Positions 58,192-64,000 of a DNA stretch of 64,000 nt are shown one piece after another. The DNA comes from Candidatus Mnemosynella biddleae (GTDB lineage: Archaea; Halobacteriota; Archaeoglobi; Mnemosynellales; Mnemosynellaceae). Both the position numbers and the translations under genes were made by a program. The notes beneath the pieces are model-generated. The model ran no database searches. It saw only the letters and a program-made list of their open reading frames with translations, and was not told the DNA's origin. The stretch is taken from positions 159,970 to 223,969 of the forward strand of contig MTMI02000007.1 of the NCBI GenBank assembly GCA_002011165.2. Reading direction: 5' to 3'. Position 1 is the first letter of the stretch; the number at the start of each line of letters is the position of its first letter.

Positions 58192-59067
58192 ATGATGAGG
58201 AGATTAAATTTTATGTTCATGGGTGTGATAAGACCTTTTGATCCTTGGAAAGGCGAGCTTTGCAGTTGTCCCGAAAAATATTCTTTAAATCCTTATACTG
58301 GTTGTCCTCATCAGTGTCTCTACTGTTACTCTTCTTCATACATTCCAAGATTTTTCGAGTGCAGAGTTAAGAAAGATCTGTTGAAGCATGTGAGGAGAGA
58401 CTGTGAGAAACTTCCCGAAAATGCGCTTATTTCGATGAGCAACACAAGCGATCCATATCCTCCAGTGGAGAAAGAGTATGAACTTACGAGAAGATGCCTT
58501 GAAATCTTCCGTGAGTATGATTTCAGAGTTCTTGTAATAACTAAGGGAGATGTTATTCTGAGAGATGTTGATCTTCTCTCGGATATGAGATCTGCTGTTA
58601 CCATAACAGTGACAACGTTAAAATACGATGAAATCCTCGAGAGGGGAGCTCCAAGAGCTCTGAGGAGAATTGAGGTTTTGAAGGAGCTGAAAGATTCCGG
58701 AATTCCAGTTGGATTAAGATTCGATCCTCTAATACCTTTTTTGAACGATAAAGAAATTGAGGAGATAATCTCTAAAACAAGCTTTGTCGATCATGTTGTC
58801 TCGAGTACTTTCAAGCCGAGGAGAGATAGCTGGAAAAGGTTTTCATTAGCTTTTCCAGATGTCTCAAAAAAGCTAAAGGATCTTTATTTTTCAAAGGGTG
58901 AGAGAATTCAAAGAGCATTATATCTTCCGAGAGAAATGAGAAGAGAACTCATGAAAAAAGTGAAAGAGGTTTGTGAAAGCTACGGAATACCTTTCGCATC
59001 ATGTCGAGAAGGATTTCCAGAGCTACAGAGTTCCAAGAGCTGTGACGGGAGTCATTTGATAAGATGA
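58192..59067 (+). CDS. radical SAM protein, SplB/COG1533-like (DNA repair photolyase-like family)
   Basis: LNPYTGCPHQCLYCY (CX3CX2C) and a partial TIM barrel of about 290 aa. Confidence 0.75.
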   Translation: MMRRLNFMFMGVIRPFDPWKGELCSCPEKYSLNPYTGCPHQCLYCYSSSYIPRFFECRVKKDLLKHVRRDCEKLPENALISMSNTSDPYPPVEKEYELTRRCLEIFREYDFRVLVITKGDVILRDVDLLSDMRSAVTITVTTLKYDEILERGAPRALRRIEVLKELKDSGIPVGLRFDPLIPFLNDKEIEEIISKTSFVDHVVSSTFKPRRDSWKRFSLAFPDVSKKLKDLYFSKGERIQRALYLPREMRRELMKKVKEVCESYGIPFASCREGFPELQSSKSCDGSHLIR

Positions 59068-59391
59068 TCAGAGGAGAAGCTCTCTCGCTCTCTCAACCGC
59101 TATCATTGCTTCTCTCTTTTCTTCTTCATCCTCCAGCACCTGAAGAAGTTCTTCAATGATTCCGGAAAATATCTCAAATGCCTCTTTTTTATCATCTGTC
59201 ACTGTAAACTCATTTCTGCTTATTCCGTATGCACCCCATAGTTCGATGAAGTAAAATCTTCCGTTATCAAAGGAAGAGAGGATTAAATCTGTTTCATGCG
59301 TTGGAGAGTTGAATCTGACAAGCTCTCTTTTATCATTCACGTAGGCCTCGTATCTGTACTCTCCCCAGTTGTGCATGAATTTAGCACGCAT
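59068..59391 (-). CDS. hypothetical protein (107 aa), last gene of the PfpI-macro-DUF72 operon
   Basis: The ATG at 59391 is preceded by GAGGTGAG inside the DUF72 3' end. An alternative GTG start at 59400 overlaps the DUF72 stop. The C-terminus is acidic and helical. No family recognised. Confidence 0.45.
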   Translation of the reverse strand: MRAKFMHNWGEYRYEAYVNDKRELVRFNSPTHETDLILSSFDNGRFYFIELWGAYGISRNEFTVTDDKKEAFEIFSGIIEELLQVLEDEEEKREAMIAVERARELLL

Positions 59392-59396
59392 GAAAC

Positions 59397-60086
59397 TCAC
59401 CTCACGAGTTCGAGAAATCTCTTCGCATCCTCATACATGAAAATATTGTTGAAGAAGGTGTAGGAGTTCTTGTATTCTTCAATCTTTTTCTTTAGAAATT
59501 GAAGATCGTAGTCTGTGTAGCGATATCTGTACATCTTCTCACCCGGAGGGCTTCCGTGAAGTCTGAAATAAGCTGGTTCCCCCATAAGAGGATCTCTGGA
59601 GAAAGGATCCACGCAATGAATCAAGGAAAACTCCTCTAGAAGCGGTTTAAGAATCTCATCATCCCAACTTTTGTGTCTGAGTTCTACAGCAATTTTCAAT
59701 CCATTTCTTTCAGTCATCTTCAAAAATTCTCTGAAATTTCTGATAGATTCTTCGGTGGCTCTGAAGCTGGGAGGAGTTTGAAGTAAAAGAATCTTGCTAC
59801 GAAGAGCCTCGCATATTTTTCTCATCTCTTCGAAAATTTCAATAGATCTGGTTGAAGAGAATCTGTCTTCATGGGTAATCGCTTTATTTGCTTTAACTGT
59901 AAACTCAAATTCTTCGTTTACTTCGTCAACTTCTCTTCTCCACTTCTCGCAGGTGGAAATTCTTGGAAGTTTGTAAAAAGTAGAGTTCACTTCAACAATC
60001 TCGAAGACTTCTGCATAACTCTGAAGTACGCTCATACCTTCTTTTCTTCCTTTAAATCCATTCCATCCACAGCATCCAACTTTCAT
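59397..60086 (-). CDS. DUF72 (UPF0759, YecE-like) TIM-barrel protein
   Basis: VGCCGW, the FEIVEVNSTFYKLP motif, VELRHKSW and YFRLHG are typical DUF72 signatures. ATGA overlap with the macro gene. Confidence 0.8.
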   Translation of the reverse strand: MKVGCCGWNGFKGRKEGMSVLQSYAEVFEIVEVNSTFYKLPRISTCEKWRREVDEVNEEFEFTVKANKAITHEDRFSSTRSIEIFEEMRKICEALRSKILLLQTPPSFRATEESIRNFREFLKMTERNGLKIAVELRHKSWDDEILKPLLEEFSLIHCVDPFSRDPLMGEPAYFRLHGSPPGEKMYRYRYTDYDLQFLKKKIEEYKNSYTFFNNIFMYEDAKRFLELVR

Positions 60087-60622
60087 TTTTCTCCGAGAAT
60101 TTCGGAGAGGGCATCTTCGTAAGCTTGGAGATCTTCATCGCTGAAAAGAACAAATCGAATTTTCTTCACGTTCTTCAACGTCGGAATGAGCTCCAAAATT
60201 GTTTTCAGAGCTACCTTTGATGCCTCTCTCACCGGATAACCAAAAATACCTGTGGAGATGGAGGGAAAAGCTATTGAATCTACTCTCCTCTCATCAGCAA
60301 GCTTCAGAGCGTTCTGGTAGCATCTTGAAAGAAGCACATCTTCTGGTTTGTCTTTTCCATAAACAGGACCGAGAACATGGATAACAAAGTCATTAGGAAG
60401 ATTGTAACCTCTCGTGATCACTGCATCTCCAACCTCTATCGGAGCCAGTTTACTGCACTCTTTTTCGAGTTCTGGACCAGCTGCTCTGTGTATAGCTCCT
60501 GAAACCCCTCCCCCAGGTTTCAACCATCGATTTGCAGAATTCACTATTACCTCCACATCAGGTTGAGAAGTTATATCTCCTTTGACTATCTCCAGAAGCA
60601 CGCCGGAGATCTCTACTCTCAA
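60083..60622 (-). CDS. macro domain protein (ADP-ribose / O-acetyl-ADP-ribose processing)
   Basis: VNSANRWLKPGGGVSGAIHRAAG and ISTGIFGYP. TTG start. Confidence 0.88.
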   Translation of the reverse strand: MRVEISGVLLEIVKGDITSQPDVEVIVNSANRWLKPGGGVSGAIHRAAGPELEKECSKLAPIEVGDAVITRGYNLPNDFVIHVLGPVYGKDKPEDVLLSRCYQNALKLADERRVDSIAFPSISTGIFGYPVREASKVALKTILELIPTLKNVKKIRFVLFSDEDLQAYEDALSEILGEK

Positions 60623-60626
60623 CCCC

Positions 60627-61151
60627 TTAACCCTCGCTCAGAGCTTTTATGATCTCTCGAGCAAATGCTGATAAATCATCTGGAGTTCTCGAAGTAATGA
60701 GTTTTCCATCTACAACAACTTCCTGGTCCACGTAATTTGCTCCTGCATTTATAAGATCATCTTTTATAGCAACCACTCCTGTAGCGGTGTGACCCTTTAT
60801 GATCTTCGCAGAAATCATCACCCATGGCCCATGGCAGATCGCTGCAATCACTTTTCCTTTATCGTAGGCATCTTTCACAAGCTTTAAAACAGCTTCGTAT
60901 CTTCTCAATCTATCTGGTGCCCATCCTCCCGGAATAATAATGGCATCAAACTCGTCTGCAGTCACCTCATCAGCATTTGCATCAACCGTAATTGGAATTC
61001 CATGTTTTCCAGTGTATTCTTCTGCAGAGCCAGTACCTATCACCTTTATCTCTGCACCCTCTTCCTTCAATCTTATCAGAGGATACCAGAGTTCCAAATC
61101 CTCATAATAACTCTCAACTAGGATTGCAACTTTTTTGCCCTGAAGTTTCAT
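60627..61151 (-). CDS. pfpI: DJ-1/PfpI-family intracellular protease/deglycase
   Basis: The nucleophile elbow AAICHGPWV, PGGWAPD, and 174 aa in length. GAGGTGAGG lies upstream of the ATG. Confidence 0.9.
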   Translation of the reverse strand: MKLQGKKVAILVESYYEDLELWYPLIRLKEEGAEIKVIGTGSAEEYTGKHGIPITVDANADEVTADEFDAIIIPGGWAPDRLRRYEAVLKLVKDAYDKGKVIAAICHGPWVMISAKIIKGHTATGVVAIKDDLINAGANYVDQEVVVDGKLITSRTPDDLSAFAREIIKALSEG

Positions 61152-61209
61152 TCAACCTCACCTCAATATTTATTTGAGTTCGCAACTTAAATTATTTTCC
61201 CGTGAAAAT

Positions 61210-62025
61210 TTAGAGGTTCATGAGTTTTTTTCTGACTTTTTCAGAAAAGGAATATCTTGTCTTCACAAATCTCGCAGGAGAAGGATGTTTCGTAAAAGTA
61301 ACTTCCTCTCCTTCACGCAACCCTCTAACATATTGACCATCGAGAACGAGAAGAGCATCTTTTCCAACACGCGTGGGGACAACCTTAATTTCGTTCTCGC
61401 TGGAGACAACCCATGGTCTCGAAGAGAGTTTATGGGGGGCTAAGGGAACGATCACAAATGATTCTACATTTGGATGGATTATGGGCCCTCCTGCGCTCAT
61501 GGAATAAGCTGTTGAACCTGTTGGAGTTGCCACAATAACTCCGTCAGCTCTAAAATCTTCGAGAAGTTCGTCATTTAGATAAACTTTTACTCTGAGCATC
61601 TTCGAAGGTCTTTCGGTGATTATCACAGCTTCATTTAACGCAGGCGGAAGCACCTGTCCCTTCACTTCAGCAGATATTCTACACTTTTCCTCTACTTCAA
61701 AATCCCCAAGAAGAAGGTCTACTGCATATTTAATTTCATCTAAATTCAAATCTGCAAGAAAACCTATCTCTCCCGTGTTAATTCCGAGAATTGGGATATT
61801 ATTTTTTAGATTCTGGCAAATTCTCAGAATCGTTCCATCTCCTCCAATCACGAGAATTGCATCGCATTCCATATCTTCAATCTTCTCTCCTCTTAGGGAG
61901 AGCTTTTCCGCACTGTATTCATCTGCTATGAGTTCTGCTGAATCTTTCATCATCTCAATTGCTTTTTTTGCCACACTCAACGAGAGTTCATCATCCTTCT
62001 TTACAATGATTGCTATCCTTCTCAT
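61210..62025 (-). CDS. nadK: NAD kinase
   Basis: The motif IGGDGTILR, then ATPTGSTAYSMSAGGPI. Confidence 0.9.
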   Translation of the reverse strand: MRRIAIIVKKDDELSLSVAKKAIEMMKDSAELIADEYSAEKLSLRGEKIEDMECDAILVIGGDGTILRICQNLKNNIPILGINTGEIGFLADLNLDEIKYAVDLLLGDFEVEEKCRISAEVKGQVLPPALNEAVIITERPSKMLRVKVYLNDELLEDFRADGVIVATPTGSTAYSMSAGGPIIHPNVESFVIVPLAPHKLSSRPWVVSSENEIKVVPTRVGKDALLVLDGQYVRGLREGEEVTFTKHPSPARFVKTRYSFSEKVRKKLMNL

Positions 62026-62031
62026 GGCTCA

Positions 62032-62799
62032 TCACAGCAATTTCAGAATCTTCTCATGAAGCCTTCCGTTTGTTGCCACAACGCAAATTTTCTCAATTCT
62101 ACCACTTAAATCCATTCCTCGATCATCAGTTACTTTACCCCCCGCCTCTTTAAGTATGAGAGTTCCTGCAGCTATATCAACTATCCTTTGTTTCCCCCTC
62201 ACATCCACGAAAGCATCGAGAGCACCAGAAGCGACATAACAGAGCTCTAAAGACGCGCAACCATAACATCGAATCCTGTTAACAGCTTTACAAAGCTCTA
62301 CGACTCTTTCCGGACTTTCTTCATCGTGATATAACGAGATGTTAGCCTTCTCAATCTCATCTTTCTCTGAAACTTTTATCCTTTTTGAGTTTCTGAATGC
62401 ACCTTTATTTTTAAAAGCATGGAATTCATCTTCAAAAGAGAGGGAAGAAACATATCCAAAGAGCTCTTCATCATTCAGAGTTCTCACAGCAATGGAAAGT
62501 GAGAACAGAGGGATATTTCTAAGAGCATTGAATGTTCCATCAATTGGATCTAAAATTATTTTAAAGGAAGGCTCCCTCCCTATCTTTATCTCTCCCCTCT
62601 CCTCAGTAAGCAAAATCGCTTCCAGACCCATCTCTCTCAGTTCCGAAATTATTACTCTCTCAGCAAGGTCGTCAATGAGAGATGTTTGAGCTCCAAAGGC
62701 ACCCCTTCCAACCTTTTCCGAGAGCTTTTCAAACCTCTCTTTTGAAATCTCTTCTTTAACTCTTTTCTTTATTTCCCTGCAGATTTTCAGATAATTCAT
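62032..62799 (-). CDS. suhB: inositol monophosphatase / fructose-1,6-bisphosphatase family protein (possible NADP phosphatase)
   Basis: The motifs LDPIDGTFNA and VDIAAG. The ATG at 62799 is preceded by AGGAGG with 8-nt spacing. The ORF track extends to 62886. Confidence 0.85.
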   Translation of the reverse strand: MNYLKICREIKKRVKEEISKERFEKLSEKVGRGAFGAQTSLIDDLAERVIISELREMGLEAILLTEERGEIKIGREPSFKIILDPIDGTFNALRNIPLFSLSIAVRTLNDEELFGYVSSLSFEDEFHAFKNKGAFRNSKRIKVSEKDEIEKANISLYHDEESPERVVELCKAVNRIRCYGCASLELCYVASGALDAFVDVRGKQRIVDIAAGTLILKEAGGKVTDDRGMDLSGRIEKICVVATNGRLHEKILKLL

Positions 62800-63436
62800 C
62801 TTTAAACCTCCTGAAATAAGAGCATAATTCTGAGATGATACATTCATTACAGAGAGGTTTTCTCGCCTTGCAGACTCTCCTTCCATGAGCTATAAGGAGA
62901 TTTGAGACTTTAGCCCACTCTCTCTTCTCATAAAGCTCCATCAGATCTCTCTCTATTTCCTCTCTTTTTTCCTTCTCTGATAAACCTATTCTCCTCGATA
63001 ATCTCATTACGTGTGTGTCAACAGCGATTCCCTCACTTTTTCTGAAAGCATTTGATAGAATAACGTTTGCGGTCTTTCTTCCAACTCCGGGAAGTTTCAA
63101 AAGATCTTCCATCGAATCAGGAACTCTCCCACCAAATTCATTGAGAATTTTGGTCGCAGATTCTTTGATGTATCTCGACTTGCTTTTATAAAGACCAACA
63201 GAGCTCAGATGATTTTGCAGTTCTTCTAAGGGTGCTTTAGCAAAATCCTCTACATTTCTATATTTTTTGAAAAGCTTTTCAGTTACTTTATTTACCTGAG
63301 AGTCTGTGGATTGAGCAGAAAGAATAGTGGAAACGAGAAGTTGAAAAGGGTTCTCAAATCTCAAAGCAGTGCCCTTGATTTCTGGATATTCTTCTTCGAG
63401 TCTTTTGAGAATTTCTGTCGCAATCTCGCGATTCAT
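62756..63436 (-). CDS. nth: endonuclease III (HhH-GPD DNA glycosylase with 4Fe-4S cluster)
   Basis: HhH LLKLPGVGRKTANVIL, the catalytic region VDTHV, and the cluster CKARKPLCNECIISELC. Confidence 0.92.
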   Translation of the reverse strand: MNREIATEILKRLEEEYPEIKGTALRFENPFQLLVSTILSAQSTDSQVNKVTEKLFKKYRNVEDFAKAPLEELQNHLSSVGLYKSKSRYIKESATKILNEFGGRVPDSMEDLLKLPGVGRKTANVILSNAFRKSEGIAVDTHVMRLSRRIGLSEKEKREEIERDLMELYEKREWAKVSNLLIAHGRRVCKARKPLCNECIISELCSYFRRFKDELSENLQGNKEKS

Positions 63437-63482
63437 TTAAAAGCGTTGATTTGCCTCAAACTTTTTAATATTTTCTTTTTCT

Positions 63483-64000
63483 TCAATCTACGATGCCCAC
63501 ACATAATCTCTCGAATTTTTCGTGTTCTAGCAGTTCTTCTGATTTTCCTTCGAAGACAACTCTCCCGCTAACCAAAACATATGCGTTCTCACTTATTTCC
63601 AGAGCTCTTCTAGCATTCTGCTCCACTAAGAGGATCGTCAAATCGTAATCGTCTCTTAATTCAATAATCTTCCTAAAAATCATTTCAGCGAATTTTGGAG
63701 AAAGTTGAGCAGTAGGTTCATCCAGCATCAATATCTTTGCTTTTCTCACGAGTGCGGTTGCCATTGCTAACATCTGTCTCTCTCCACCGCTCAGAGTTCC
63801 TGCTCTTCTTTTGAGAAATCTTTTAAGTTCAGGAAAGGCATTAAGAGCCAGCTCAATTCTATCTTTAAGCTCCTCTACGTTGAGAGTGTATCCTGCAATC
63901 CTGAGATTCTCCTCGACACTTAAATGTGAGAAGACATTATCAGTCTGAGGTAAGTAAACCAGTCCAATCCTTGTTTTGTTATGAGGAGGCACCTTTGTTA
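63483..64000 (-). CDS. branched-chain amino acid type ABC transporter ATP-binding protein (LivF-like); N-terminus lies outside the window
   Basis: Signature [15 protein letters not shown] and Walker B ILMLDEPT are present. Walker A is not in the window and the frame is open to the window end. Confidence 0.8.
   Translation of the reverse strand, partial: TKVPPHNKTRIGLVYLPQTDNVFSHLSVEENLRIAGYTLNVEELKDRIELALNAFPELKRFLKRRAGTLSGGERQMLAMATALVRKAKILMLDEPTAQLSPKFAEMIFRKIIELRDDYDLTILLVEQNARRALEISENAYVLVSGRVVFEGKSEELLEHEKFERLCVGIVD

Noticed and set aside
60083-60622. The macro domain gene as the antitoxin of a DarTG-like toxin-antitoxin pair.
   Set aside because: No DarT-like ADP-ribosyltransferase is adjacent. 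The neighbours are PfpI and DUF72, and the macro protein looks like a stand-alone housekeeping type.

Overview
This is a compact chromosomal segment of an archaeon. It looks more than 90% coding by eye, and no intergenic gap exceeds about 170 bp. The organism is most likely a thermophilic euryarchaeote. Supporting genes are priL-PCNA-TFS, GatDE, an archaeal-type ThrRS, the ADH-synthase/DHQ-synthase-II entry to aromatic amino acid synthesis, WtpABC, archaemetzincin and a GPN-loop GTPase. The proteins are rich in E/K/I/R, and a finer taxonomic assignment cannot be made from here.

I call about 74 protein genes, many joined by ATGA/GTGA start-stop overlaps. Content is overwhelmingly core:
- TCA-type enzymes: 2-oxoacid:ferredoxin oxidoreductase, succinyl-CoA synthetase, and a LeuA-family synthase with its dehydrogenase and a two-subunit aconitase-type dehydratase.
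- Translation and tRNA modification: thrS, gatDE, MiaB-like, TrmJ-like, THUMP methylase, TlyA-like, hflX.
- Cofactor and NAD metabolism: thiC, nadK, suhB, a sirtuin and a macro domain protein.
- Transporters: WtpABC, ABC-2, MFS, CPA2, LysE, AI-2E.

I see no rRNA, tRNA, CRISPR array, integrase, transposase or island boundary.

The best candidate for something undescribed is at 53.7-55.4 kb. A fusion of an Rcl/DNPH1-like N-glycosidase domain with a QueF-like (7-deazaguanine) domain is joined by an ATGA overlap to a PflX-type radical SAM enzyme.

Secondary candidates:
- a tightly coupled PfpI-macro-DUF72-orphan operon
- a radical SAM gene followed by an unannotated 4-Cys mini-protein
- a membrane-tethered ArsR regulator with an ABC-2 transporter and a multi-domain surface protein
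- a LeuA-family cluster with atypical specificity motifs

Two probable genes below the 60-aa ORF-track cutoff were found by hand translation. All functional calls rest on motif recognition by eye, and no database search was possible. My confidence that any of these is a truly novel system is modest.
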